Of a stretch of 64,000 nt of DNA, positions 1-14,000 are shown piece by piece (position 1 is the first letter of the stretch; every line of letters begins with the position of its first letter). The notes below the pieces were generated by a model, which was not told where the DNA came from, did no database searches, and saw only the letters and a list, made by a program, of their open reading frames with translations. Origin of the DNA: Ylistrum balloti (Eukaryota). The stretch covers positions 1,488,001 through 1,552,000 of the forward strand of contig NW_026781978.1 in NCBI RefSeq assembly GCF_031769215.1, in the 5' to 3' direction. Position numbers and translations under genes: made by a program.

Positions 1-499
1 ATATAGGTACTTTCATAGATTATGTAAGAAGGAGGACAATCGTGATGCACAATTTCGGGTTTAACAATGACTGGAAGTCAGTTGATCAATATTCGGGCAA
101 TATTATCTTTCCAGGTAGAACTTATCATTTACCATCGATTTATGAACAAATCAGCATTATTCGAAACTTGTTTCATGTTCATATTTACTGGCATGTTTAC
201 AAACTACTGCAACAATCCCTGGACCCTTATATAGCGGGCTCGAAGAACAATAGGAATACACAAATGATAAAATTCTAGCTCTTTTTTAATGCAATCTGCT
301 CTCTGGAAATATTCCTGATTTATTCAAATTATATCACGGTTCAGAATATACACATGTATGTGACGATGTTCTTCAATAAGTGGATATATTTCGGTTAAAT
401 TGGATTTCCCTCAGTCGCCTCATAGGCTGGAAAATTTGGAAAGTTCTAGAAGGACAAAACAGTTGTATGGTGTAGTTTTACTAAGGAAAAAATCAAAAA

Positions 500-1212
500 T
501 ACTCAAATGTACGACTTTTCTATTTATTTCTACTTATCAATGTAATTAAAAGCCTCTCCCTGGAGGGAGATAGGTTACTTCGGGAGTCCGCAGAAGAAGA
601 TTTTTCAAATATTAACAAATTTTGATGAAAGCACTTCGGAGGGGTTTAATTCAAGAATTGTTTTTATTTACAATATTTTACCTGCATATAAAGACTTTTG
701 GAATATAAGCAAATAAACACCATTTGGGTCCCTGCCTTCAGGACCTAGAAATGCGTCTATATGTGTCTTTCCATATTCTTAGACTGCTACTGATGACAAT
801 AATTCAAATAAAAATTGACCTACAATGTTCTTTTGCATTTTCGTATATGAAATATAGCTAAATCTAGTCCTTCTTTAAACTGACGGCCTGAAGATCATCA
901 ATTTTCTAATTTTAACAGAGCAATTCGCGACCCTTCTATTCAAGAAGAGTTTGTTTTATTTTTCCGCATCCCGCTTCGAAGATTTTAAATTGAAGCAATT
1001 TTTCCACGAGGCTCCTTGGGATAAGAAACAGAAAATTTATGAAATCAGTTTGTCATTGCCCGTGGGACCTTTTTGCAAAATGTTATTGACGTCTCTGTTG
1101 CGGTTTTCAAGAAGAAATCCGACTTGTGAAAATGTTAACGGACAATACACGACACAATCGCCGAAGACGGATCAGAAAAGGTCACAACGCTTCGCTCAAG
1201 TGACTTCATTGT
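500..1212. mobile_element. Degenerate non-autonomous Helentron-like interspersed repeat
   Basis: Ends in CGGATCAGAAAAGGTCACAACGCTTCGCTCAAGTGAC, resembling the GATCAGAAAAGCTCAC...CTCAGGTGAGC end of the family seen again at 30482-31078 and 53280-53830; contains GAAGAAGATTTTT modules. Left boundary approximate. Family name from recall. Confidence 0.4.
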
Positions 1213-3593
1213 TTAACAAAACTTACCAGTAAGGATTGGGAAAGTAGAAAATATAGTATCAAAATAATACTCTTTCATTGAAATACTCCATTGAGGGTCA
1301 GATAAAATTGAAAACATTATTTTGTATACTACGAAATTAGTAAATATCTTCCTGTGAAACAATAACTACGTTTTTCTTTAATTTCTTTCAAAAATCAAAT
1401 TCCTTATATAGGTTGTACAAAATACACTCGCTTGAATAGCACGTTTAATTTTGAATTTAGAGCTTAAACGCAAATACAATAGCTTGATCAAAGATTACAT
1501 TAAAGAAATTTCCCAAACAATGTGTTTTGTTTTTGAAAAGTGACTTCCTTTTCGTATTTTGTTATTGCGTTTTCAGCCTTTTAGCCTCAAAGGGAGCGCC
1601 AGTGTCATATTGCCAAGGAATATTACAAAGTCCTAGTTGAGACATACGAACAAAAACATCTAGCTATTTAGATAAATATAACCATAGATTTTATATCAAT
1701 CATAAGACAGCCAGATCAACATGTCAACAAGTCAATTATCAATGAGATTTATTACCATATATATAGAGCTAGACAGATCACCAAGACATGAATCGATATA
1801 TGTATGCAAAATTATTTAGAATCATTTACTTAACGTCCACGCTGATACATTTCATTAAAAAACAACGTCAAAATATATTTCCAAACCACTGACCATCGGC
1901 ATTTCTTGACAAATAATATTGATCAAAGTATATCAATAATAAATTTCCAGATGAATTGTTACTAATACATAAAACATTGATAAATATTGAAAGAGATTTA
2001 CAAGCTATTTTCTACAATGGCGTTATATATTTGAACCAGTTTTAAACGACGATACAAAATCACAAACCATTGAGAAGTGTCAAGACAGATCATTTTCAAC
2101 ATAAATAACAAACCATTAATAGATATCCAGTGAAAATTGCAATATAATGTATATTATATTTGGCTGATATCCAGATAAATAAGCAAGGTGTTAAATAATA
2201 GTTACAGCACTTAACAAGGACCTTTAGATATCCAGAGAGATTTGTATTCTTAAACATATTTATCTAGGAAGACCAATAAAAGATTAATTGATATCAAGAA
2301 GATTTTCGAACAATTTATGAACAAATTATAAAACCCATCATTACGCGACTAGATCATTTTTCATACCGTAAAATCCATCAAGATAAAATATGAATATCTA
2401 GTTAACATTACACACTACTCAATAAATGTACATATAGATTTCAAATATTCAATACATATGCAACACTATTTACACAACAATGAAAACGCCTCTAGGTTAC
2501 TTTTCAACCCAATCAAAAATATTCGATATAAACAAAACGAATAATGAACGTTATTTTTTATATTCAGCGTAAGCTTTAAAACGTGAACATGCTATATACA
2601 CTTTATTTAGCATTATAGTGATCTGCGGACACTTTTTTTTAAACATCGAGTAAAATCTGAAAGCAAATAACAATACTTCTAGTTGAATATTCCAGCATAC
2701 AGAAAAAGTCTAATTCAATACACTTTTCGTAGAGATAACACGGTTGTTATCATTGTAATTTAAACTGGAATCCTATTGGATTAGGGTAATAGGTAATTGT
2801 GTTATTTAAACATTGGATCTTTGTAGGAGAGGGAGACACATGCATTCAACAAACGATCTGATATGTTAACAAATATTGTGAAACTTAAATATGTTTTGAA
2901 AATGGTTTTCAGCAGCAAAGAAGAAATGATGAATTATCGCATAAGTATTTAACTTTTTTCGGTACCGTACGAAGTTAGAATATTAATTTCTTTAATCTCA
3001 TCTTTTCATGAACATTTATTGGGTAAGCACGAATGCAATTACGATTACTATTACGAGAGAGAATCATTCTGCTTATGAATATACATAACATTACAAAAAT
3101 ATTTATTCACCAATCGTGAAAAATAAAATCTTGAAAACATGTACATCTGAATATATCTACAAAAAATATCTTACACCTGTAATTGAAATGGAAAAATGAA
3201 AAGCATACTGTCTAGAAATAATTATATACGTCATATCAGGTTTTTTACATCGAACTGCTAAAAATTCAATAAATACAAATATAATTCTTCTAAAGAGGGA
3301 CAATCCTACTGTCTATATATTCATAATGGACAAATTCATCAGAAATTGATTTAGTGATATAAACACATTTTAGATCAACAAAGGCAACAACACCTTATAA
3401 GAAATGCACACAAATAAAGTGTTAGAAGGTTCTTTCCGTATTTTCGTTACATATACTAAAAGTATCATTCTAATTTACAAACAATTGTTGAGATAACATA
3501 TCCTTACAATATAATAATAGGAATTTTCGAAAAGCACTTTGATATGTTTTTGAAATGAATTTACGCAAAATTCGGTGAATCACTCTGACCTAC

Positions 3594-3635
3594 CTTGGCA
3601 AGGGTCTGACCTCTCTCTGCGTCCGACTCGAACAT
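3594..3635 (-). CDS. Candidate first coding exon (MFESDAERGQTLAK) of an unidentified minus-strand gene continuing left of the window
   Basis: GCAACC-ATG context, 14 open codons, then a strong donor AAG|GTAGGT at 3593; CCAAT, TGACGTA and GCACGCGCA motifs within ~100 bp upstream. No downstream exon found in the window. Confidence 0.3.
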
Positions 3636-6600
3636 GGTTGCGGTCAGTGTAGGTCACTACAAATACACAAACACGTAGATTGGTAGAGTATACGCATTAA
3701 TGAGTCTTGCTCATTACGTCATGCGCGTGCCTGGTCAGTTAACACAACTTAATGTCTTTAAGTTTTCCCAAGAAATTTTATTTTTACACACAGTCTAGGT
3801 GTGCTGACCAAACATGATTTTGTGTTTACCTGATCATTTATAATACTAAAAAGAAAAAAAGAATAATAATGATGAATAATGAGTTACTCTTAACGATTTA
3901 TAGTAAAATAATTAAATATATGCCTTAAATATTTTCAATTACAAATTATGTGATCCATCCAAAGCACATGTTTACCTGTTGTTAAATATCCAGGTGAAAT
4001 TCTCTCTAAGCGTATTTTGAAAGCGAACACGTATGTCAGTGTTTAACACGTATGGTTTGGTCCAGTCAGAAGTTTCTGCCTTTTATTTACATGCGAGGCC
4101 TCGCGATGGATACGGAGGTACACGTCACAAATACTATGTATTTCACAACGGAAAATAAAGACTGAAGCTCGGCACGGCATCACACAAAATCATAGGCGCT
4201 CAGGATGTTTGCCATCATTCATATCTTATCAAATCCAGCCTCCGTCGCTGGTTCATATTTTTGGCAGCATGCCGAAGGAAATTGACCATTGACTAGAACG
4301 TTCCCGCCTATAACTACGCAGGCGGTCTATTGGACGTCAATGTGTACGGTTGTTTATTTACCTAGTCACTTTAGGGTCTTCATGCAATATTCTGACATTC
4401 CGTAAGAAGGATAACATAATAATTCATTGCAATATTTTCTCAACTTAATTTGTTAAAACAATATATTAAAACAACACGTGGTTACGACTTTTAACAAATC
4501 CAGAATTGGAATATTAAAATACTAAAGACAGAATATGAAAAAAATGTACAAGAACATTTCAGGCTACTCTAATGGGAACGTCATTTTTGTTTAATCAATG
4601 AACTCCATTCCTGTAAATCTTGGTCAAGTTAAAAACAAACAACATAAAATATCGACAAATCGAAATAATCTTAATTCAAATCCAAAGTCGATGACATGGA
4701 TAAAATTCATCCTAGATAATGTGAAAACTGAATTAAAATAAGAAACGTCACGTTCACAAATAAGATTAATGTTAACATCAAACATCCCACCATAGATTTC
4801 ATTAACATGCATCGCTCGAAGCGCTGTGTTGCAAGATTAATCGTTAAATGTGAACATGTTGCACGAAATCCTGATATTAGGAACAAGCCCTTGAATATCG
4901 AGACAACGGTGACTTGTAGACAGCGGAAGTTAGTAAAGCTTAGTAGATACTATCTGGAAACGAGAAATTCACAACACAAATAATGTTGGTGACTTGTTTG
5001 CTACGGACAGTAACAATGAACACATCTGACATATTAAAGACGATCGAACATTCTCATTTCACATAGTTGAAGAAATGAACATAATGATATCGACCAGTAA
5101 GCCAGCATCGATATATCATGAACAATAGTCTGTTGACTTCGTCCTTGTAACATGAGAGGAAGTGAAATAACCTGTCATGTTAATAATATGGATCATTTTC
5201 GCTGTGAATAAATTTCTCGTCAGTAGTACCCACCTGGATAATTCGGTACCAAGTTCCTTATTTGGTCATTTATTGAAACATATGTTAACTGATGATAGAA
5301 TAGTACAACAATTGGTTATCAGTGATTATCAGACATCCACTTAACATGCTACTGGTAAACTACCCACCCGTTTCGACGTTTTGTCTCCGTAAAACATATT
5401 TTGCAATTGTCTGATGATAACGTTAACTTGAAAATATTTAAGAGCGATTAATATAAGCATCACAGGAAACATTAGGTTCGCAGTTAAAGTGTCTTGGAAA
5501 ACTGATGTAGCAATTTTTTTTTAATATCAAAGTGGCGAATTTTAGACCACAACATTTTTCAATTATTCTTACCCTTAGAAACTGTGTGGTCTGACATACC
5601 TAAGAAAGTACCATTGATTAGTATTCAAATCATAGACAATTTAAATACTTTTGTTTCTGTGATAACCCATTTTCAAGTGTGTGTTGTGATCAAGGCAATG
5701 TTCTTTATGTCTCATTTTTTCTCTTCGTCTAGATTTTGACTTTCCTTTCGACCACTTACTCAATCGCCCACTAGGGTTTAAAGTTTTTATTCATTAGCAT
5801 CGCTGACGTGTCCAAGGCGTTCGAAACAGTTGTATGATGTAACATCACTGATAAGTCCTAGAAGTAGAACAGCTGTGTGATGCAGTTCTATTCATTGCTT
5901 AACTCTACCGTATCTAACTAATTTGTATCAAAAGGTGCTATTCACTTGTTTGTCTTTTATACAATCTTGTAGCCTATATTCCTTGTGGGTATGTAAATTA
6001 TAAACAAGAACGACTACTGTTCTTTCCTTTAGCATTAACGGTATAGTACCATATAGGGTCTGTCCTTTTCTGCAAAGGCTTCCACCTGCGCACATTTGGC
6101 CACTGGTGAAACGCGTATACAGACACCAAGAAAGAGCATTTAACTGGAGCCGAATAGAAATAAAAAAAAACCTATTGATCTTAAAGCGTTGATCATCTCC
6201 ACGAATCATTTCTCAAGAATTGAATAAATACGCAAATACCATTAACGATTTTAGGTCGTCTTGACTTGTTTATGAAAATGACGAAACTCATATGATTTCA
6301 CTTATTGCAAGGTTCATATATATATGTAAATATGTTTTCATCAACAACCATGACGCTGAAATGTACGAGAACGATCTCAACCAGTGCATTCAGTGCATCC
6401 GGATCTGCGCATATCATACCTTATGTGTAAGTACAAAGTGATATATTGCTTCTGTGGTCGTTGAGGTGATAAGCTAGGATTATCAACCAACCCGCACTAG
6501 TCATGGTGTCAGTGTACTCATAATGTTTGGAGTAACCTTTAGATTTCTACTTAATTCTACCGAATTCCGATTAGACACATCGCCAAATCACTCACATTTC

Positions 6601-8255
6601 TGAGTTTCTGACAGTTCGAAAACTTTGAACTGACTGAACCATACAAATACTGCCATTTGTTTACCACTCGTTATTTTAGTTATTTCGTATCACGTCTCAG
6701 ACGAGTTAAAAACGTGGATGTTAAGCATATCATTTTGCAGTTTATCGTTATTTATTTTGTGGTAACAACCCTTCCCTATCTGTACCACTCCCATGTACCA
6801 ACAAATTCTGCATTGTGAAGCCAAAAACATTTTTGTGGTTTTCCTCGCTTCCTTTGTCTGACAGAAAAGACAGAATCGGCGCAAGGCAAACGGAGGAAAA
6901 ACAAATAAGATATGGAAAGAAAAACAATGAAGGGACGACAGATAAATTGAAAATATAAAGAGGCGTTTGTTTAAAACATTATGTTCAAAGACGCTCTTTT
7001 GCATCACATTCGTATTTGTTTCAGTTACTATTCAAATTGTGAATTAAGAGATTCAACCACGAAATAAAATACTCTTGCAAAAGGTTTCACTTTTCAAATT
7101 ACCTTTCTAATCATAGAAAATGTATCAAGGCTGCAGAAAAACTGACATATTGACACATAGATGAAAAAAATGCAAAATAGGAACAAACGAATTATTTTTA
7201 CGACCCTTCAAGAAGGACAGGGGGAAAAAAGAACAGAAGTTCCGAAAGCACTTGCTGCTCGTGGTCAATCCAAGTAAGGAATGCCTTACGTCCTCAGACG
7301 AGAACAAGAATACCAACATTACCATCTGAACCACCGTGCAAACTAACAAACATCAAACAAATATAACTTCAAATAGGAGTATAGAATATTTCTTAATGAG
7401 ATCGTAGTGTGATAACAAATTTTTAGCAAACTACGTCTCTCATAATCTAGATTATAACTTTTTATGTCAGCTGCCTATATCTTTAACGTAGATGGTACTA
7501 CCTAGAAATGGAAAATTCACAATAGGGAAATCAATTTCATATGACACAATTTAAAGTGTGGTGGAAGTCGTCCATGTAGGTTTCTTTTTTGTAAAATATC
7601 GGTTGAGTGTCTTGTGTAAAAGAGTTTGTGGTGCCATTTCGAACTTCTGGGGGTTTACAAAATACACAGGGTCATCCGAAGACATCATCAATATATCTTA
7701 AAGAGAGACTGATGAGCATTACAAGGCCATTGTTGCTAATTTTGATAGGTTTTTCGAATAATTCAACATCGTATGAAAACCATAATTAAGCCAGATAGGA
7801 GAGGTACATATGTGTTTTAAGTCGTATCTCTAATCTCAATAAGTATTGTCAAGTGGAAATTCTAGCGTTCTCCTGATTTGTCCTCAGTACCTCTTTCTTG
7901 ACATTTAACAGCTTTTCACGAGATACACTCACAACAATATATTTGTAAGTACTGTTCTTTGAAAAGGAAAAATGACTGATTGAACAACTAGACAAGTCAG
8001 CAATAAAACGTTGCTTTTATGATAAACTAGTTTTTCGACTAAGAAGATTGGATAATGTATATGTAGGATTTCCGTAATAACCAGGATCTTCATCAGCCCA
8101 CATCTCCGTGTCTTCAGTTTGTTTGTCAGTTGCCGGATATCGTTATATTGGAACAGCCAGTTGAATAATTAGCCAACTACATATGTAAACACCATAACAG
8201 GCCATGTTTTTTTTGTAAAATTGCTCAAATTGTGATGATGACAATAGTAAATGTA

Positions 8256-8830
8256 AATTGCAAATCATTACTAGGCATGACCAAACTTCTGAAATTGTTT
8301 ACTTTTGATACCAGCAACCAATGCTGTGAGTGGACGGTCAGCATCAGCATTGCTCAGAATCAAAACCTATCTGCGATCAACAATGACACAACAACGTCTG
8401 AACAACTGCATGCTACTTCATGTCCACAAAGAGGCGACTGCATCTATTAATTTAATTGATGTTGCAAATGAATTTGTAAACAATGAAAACCGCGAGAGGG
8501 TATTTGGAAAGTTTACATCAGATGACTGTTTTCGCATAGTTTCTTTGTTCGATAAGGTCAAGGAAAACTTTTCATATTAGGAAGATTGAAATATTTCAAC
8601 GATATGATTCAAAGAAACGAATTTATACAAATGTACTATATTGTCACAGAATTGTGTATTGTCAGTACAATGTATATGATATGATGAAAATCGACCTGCT
8701 AAAACTTAATTATCATTGAATATTAAATATCATCTGTAAAATTTGCAATTTTTATCTCTATTTTGACAAAATTATTGGGCCAAACCCCAACCCCAACCCC
8801 CACCCCACGCCCCCTGTTCCGCCCGCCCTG
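8256..8830 (+). mobile_element. hAT-superfamily DNA transposon 3' remnant (C-terminal dimerisation domain) with right end
   Basis: KLLKLF-(frameshift)-IPATNAVSGRSASALLRIKTYLRSTMTQQRLNNCMLLHVHKE matches the hAT dimerisation motif (PATxAxxERSFSxLxRxKTYLRSTMxQxRLN); stop at 8580; C-rich subterminal region ending CCGCCCGCCCTG (reverse complement CAGGGC..., a typical hAT terminus). Confidence 0.85.
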
Positions 8831-11052
8831 CATAAGCTGGTCAAGCAAAGATGTTCCTATTCAAAAATGAAACATTTGCAATAGTGAAATTTAAATCGTC
8901 ACACTTATCATACCTAATCGGCATGTGACGCGGAAAGATGGTGCAAAAATTCAAAACAAACGTGAAAATCTTCGAAAAGAGTCGTATATCAGTGTTGTGA
9001 AACCTGACATCGTTGTGTATAGGTTTCAGTGGTCATGCAGATGACCTTGAACTACGAATAACATGGCTCTAGTTAAGTGCGCCGATAGTTTCGTATTATT
9101 TTAAGTACATATCGTGATAGAATGTTGTATGAAAACGTGATGTTTTGCACATATACAATAGTCTAAAAGCAAAAGCCAGCGTTTATTTGAAAATACCAAT
9201 GACGAGCATTTGTGTGTAAACATCTGATACCACAAATTTACTTGATAAGAAATTTTCTCCATTGCCTTTTCCGTGATGATTGTTTGTAAACGATAATCGG
9301 ATTTCAGCAATGACGTCATTCATGTAATTCAACATTGTAATATTGACCTTGTGAGGAATGAGGACTTGAATGGGCTTTCCCTGAAACAGTTTAAGTATCA
9401 TGCAAAGGGTGGTATCGTTTGCAGGGTCAATAGATCTGAAACATTCCTTACATATATTGTATATACATTAAAAGTTCGGCTCCATCATACCCGTTTAAAA
9501 CATTCTAAAGCACACGTAGGCCTGCTAAGGTTTTCAATTATATTTTCCCCCAGTTTTATCGATGTTAAGGTCGAGTGTTGTGTTGACAGGTCGTCATTTT
9601 GCCTTTAAAACAATTAGGTATATACTGTTACTTTATATATCTTTTTTATTGTTTACATTCCTATGAATATTGTTAAACTACAATAATTATACGCTTACAA
9701 CATACATGTAGTTTGTGTCATATGTTCGAACTCCCATTCTTATCCTAGCACGGACAGCTAAGTGTAGTATTCGGATTTATCTACATACTTATCAAATATT
9801 CCTTATCGGGCACTTTAGATGTTAAAGTGCTCAACAACAAGACACATGCCATTCTAGAACAGATGAAAACATAGGACTTTGGTGGATTATTTTGACACAT
9901 TTCAAATATTTTTTTCGGTAAACATTTTTTCTTTTGTATAGTTTGATGAAATTTGTAATACATTTTGTATATATATGTTGACTTTTAAATTCTTGAAGAT
10001 GAGACGCCCTTTATTTTAGCAATGGATATTTAACAAACGGTAATTTGTTTATAAAATATTTTGCGAGTGATAGCAAAATTTATTCTAGAATAATGATACC
10101 ACTTTACTTATATGGATTTTAGGCATTTCCTATGTTTTGTTAACTGATGCCAGTTTACATAGAAAAGCATGTAATGTTGCCGCAATGTCAGCAACGATGT
10201 ACGATCACAACAATGTCACGTGATCAAATGATGTCATTACAAAATCTCGTTACATGGTATTCTCTATACATTGCAGTGGTCGGACGCTGAGAATAATTGA
10301 TATTGATATCGGAATGCATAATATTTTATTGTAAATATTTGACAAAAACATTGCTTTTATTGTAAATATTGTTTAAAGATGTGCTTCCATTTATTTATCT
10401 ATTTGTCTATTTATTCATTTAAGTTGCAAATGATACTGTTTTTATTCTTCCGCAATTTATGTAGCTTTAAGATAAACACTTGAACCAAAAATGTTAAAAT
10501 GAACTTGCTACCTCCTGATGTCCATACACATTGATTCTTTGACCATGTTTTGGCCAATGATCTTTCCGGTACGAGAGTAAACATATTGTGTCTAGTGAGT
10601 GGTGGTTCGGCGGAATCCATTGTTCAGTTCTGATATGTTCCCATGCTGTGATGAACCGACGCGAAATGACGATCACGATGACAATGTAACAAGCCTCCGT
10701 ATCTATCTAAGCTGAAGACAATGATATTTATATATTTTTATAGTAGTATGGGTTCTTTGCTCAATCAATGATGTTACTGGAATACTTTAGTACTGAAAAT
10801 AAGAGATAAATACAGTTCTATTGCTCATGTCGTCTTTAAAATGACGTTATGAACAAGTTCGACGCCACTAAATTATTACTGAGTAACGGAGGTTTAGAAC
10901 ACAAATCATTGTTTTGTCAGTCAATATATCATTACATCGTGTGATATTTGGCCCAACATGGGACATAAGACTGATTAAAATGGTTGAAGACTGACCTAAA
11001 CATATAGTTATATTATAGATGCCTTTTATTTATATTCAGACCTTTTGTGAAA

Positions 11053-14000
11053 ATGACCACCGCTCCTCCAGTCTTCCTGTTTGATCATGACGAGATGACA
11101 ACACTGTTTCCGAACTCTTCTGTCAACATGACAATGGTACGAGGGTCGCCGTCGGCCTTAAAGATAGCCTCTGATATCGTCATAAAGACCACGCTCATCA
11201 TCATCATGGCCGGGATGGGCAGCACCATTGAGATAAAACCTCTTCTACAGCATCTCAGGAGACCGGTAGGTATCGCCATCGGCATGTTGTCACAGTTCAT
11301 CGTACTTCCGGCAGTCACATTTGGACTTGCGCATGCGCTACAGATGTCAACGTTTCCAGCGCTCGGAATGCTTGTAATGGCTTCGTGTCCTGGCGGCTCA
11401 ACATCCAACGTCTTCTCCTATTGGATGGATGGGGACGTGCCACTCAGGTAACATTAAACCTAACGTACAGTTGATTATGTCAACATTTATCTGGAACAAT
11501 TTCAACGTGTTTCATTGCTTTACATAATGATGCGACAAGGTAGGGTGTGACGCCAAAGTACCACCAGAAGTATACAGTGGTGATGATTGCCATCAGGTGT
11601 AGAGCGTGATGCAAGTGTTCTCTCGTAATAACGAGATATAAAAAGTTAGAACATGTCGCAGATATCTCACCTAGTGTAGAACATGATAAAAACTTCCACA
11701 AGGCGTTGACGTTCCTTAAGGTCTAGACCATGACACAAAAGTCCTTTCTTGAGTTCAAGTTTCGTGAGGAAGTACTCGACATCAACATCAGCCCGGTGTT
11801 CCTCAAGCCAAACAAACTCAAGCATGTTGTAGTACTGCAATCTTCTGTTTGTAGTATTTTTATCGTTAAGATCAGTTGACCGAGGAATTGGTCAGGTAAC
11901 AAGTAATGTAGGCGAAAAGGGTCTTTTACCTGCAGTATGTGACATGCATCATATCAGGTGATGGTGTAGTTTGACGCATAACTCAGTCAAGAAACCACTA
12001 TAAATGAAATTAGTTTTAAGTAGATTTAACAAGGGCGAATATAATGTGTTTTTTTATGTCACGTAGTTGATGATATAAAGAATAAAAGGGAGATTGCGGA
12101 TAAATTGTGACAAAGTTGTAATTTTGTTCTCACAGTGTAGCTATGACAGCAACGTCTACAATAGTAGCGACGGGAATGATGCCACTTAACCTGTTCATAT
12201 ATAGCCGGAGCTGGACCGACGAGACTCTCGTCATCCCCTATGTCAACATCGCCATTTCTTTCGTAATGACCATTACTCCGGCCGCCGTCGGTATGTTCTT
12301 TCGTTGGAAGTGGCCGAAACTGGCCGATATGGTTGTAAAGGTACGAAAATATAAGTCACTACCCTATTTTTTACCACTTTTGAGCCCCACCTTGCGGAAA
12401 CCACACAAAATGCGATTGGCCTTCCCTGTAGTGGCTGATTCGGGATATTGTGATATCACTTTGTTTAGTGGAACGCGATATTGTGAGACCAAGATACCGT
12501 GAAGCGAGATCACGAGACCGCGAAGCGAGAATACGAAACCGCGAAGTGAGACTGCGAACCCTACTCGCGTTGTCATGATCTCGCAATATCGCGTTCCAAT
12601 AAACATAGCGATATAAAGATGTCTCGAATTAGCCAATTTACTTTCCTATGAGTGATAGAAAGTTTTGAAGAAGTCACTATTTCGAAGTCAAGTTCCCCTA
12701 TTGTACACCGCACCTCCCGTGTTGGGAGAGTCATCATTCCAGTTAAACCAGTTATACCAAATAGGTATATTCAGATCATATTCAGAAAGTGGCGATTTAG
12801 AGCAAAGCCCAAATCCTGGTTTGACAACCTATATTCAAATATGATGTCATTAAATAAGAATGTTTTATACCAAATTGATTAATTAACTGATGCTAGAGTG
12901 TTAAATAGAAGAAGCGCTGTACATCAAAACCCCTAGTGATTGTAAGGGTGGTGTTAGATATATTTCTTTTAGGTATTCACTTCCACCGTTTCTGTTGTAA
13001 TGTCTAAATTGGAACTGTATAACAACGTACAGTGAGATCAAACGGCTCTACCAAATATCAGTTTGAGTAAGCCATGCCACTTAACAGCTAGCTACAATAT
13101 TATTATGATATTATTATTATTATTATTATTATTATTGTGATAGCCTAGCATTTCATTAATATCAACAGTTTCAAAAAGGGTCTTTAGACTTACAAGTTAC
13201 GATAAAAAATAAAAAGAGTGAACAGAAGGTCAATGCTGTCCAAATAAAAATGTTTCGACACAACTGTAAAATAAAAACTACAAATATAGATTGGTATGAG
13301 GTTGAGTGAAATAAAGAAGAAAAACTGAACACTTAGGAAATAAAGTTGACCCAGGGCTTGGCATGACCAGCCGATCGATCATTGAGGACCAAAATGATCA
13401 CCCGTCTTACAGAGATAGAGGCCAAAGTGATGTATTGGGGAAAGGCGCGAGATTGTTTGAGAATAAAGCGCAAACCAAATAAACGCCCCTCAACCACCAG
13501 GACCCTTTCTTCCAGTACTAACGGGACACAACCCATGGCAGACAGGTTGGCCCTTTTAGTGGACTTTTACTACATGCAGTAGGACACAGCGGATATATTC
13601 TAACCCCTATCCGCAGGGGAGAGCTGGCTACGTGGGGCTCAATTGTAGGCAAACAGGCTATCTAAGGTACTTTACAAAACGTTTTCTAGCTTTTAAGTTC
13701 TCATTACTCAAAAGTTTATTTTGGTTTTAGACATGATTTTGCAAAAAATAGAAATATTTGGAATAACCCGGAAAGAAATTAGACCTGGAAAATATCTGAG
13801 AGTAATATAACATGTCAAATGCTGCAATGATTGAGCATATTTATTGGAACATTTTCCAAGCCAAATGGGCATTCTGAAACATAGGAATGTTTGACTTCTC
13901 TGATTTGAATCAATCACCTAACACACAGCATTTTAAATTCAAAAGGTAAATTATTTTCACATATCTATTATAGACGATCAGGCCTGAAGTGTATAACACG

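Noticed and set aside
1650-2480. A-rich stretch that looks like decayed retroelement or Polinton coding sequence
   Set aside because: No recognisable motif in hand translation; stops in all frames.
6050-6540. Exon-like segments with plausible splice sites
   Set aside because: Stops in all frames or no consistent partner exon.
7705-7760. CTGATGAG hammerhead core
   Set aside because: No stem II or downstream GAAA; the similar CGGATGAG near 27358 also fails.
9183-10676. Possible minus-strand gene from the short ORFs at 10494-10676, 9781-9963 and 9183-9440
   Set aside because: Candidate splice sites do not join in phase and no homology was recognised.
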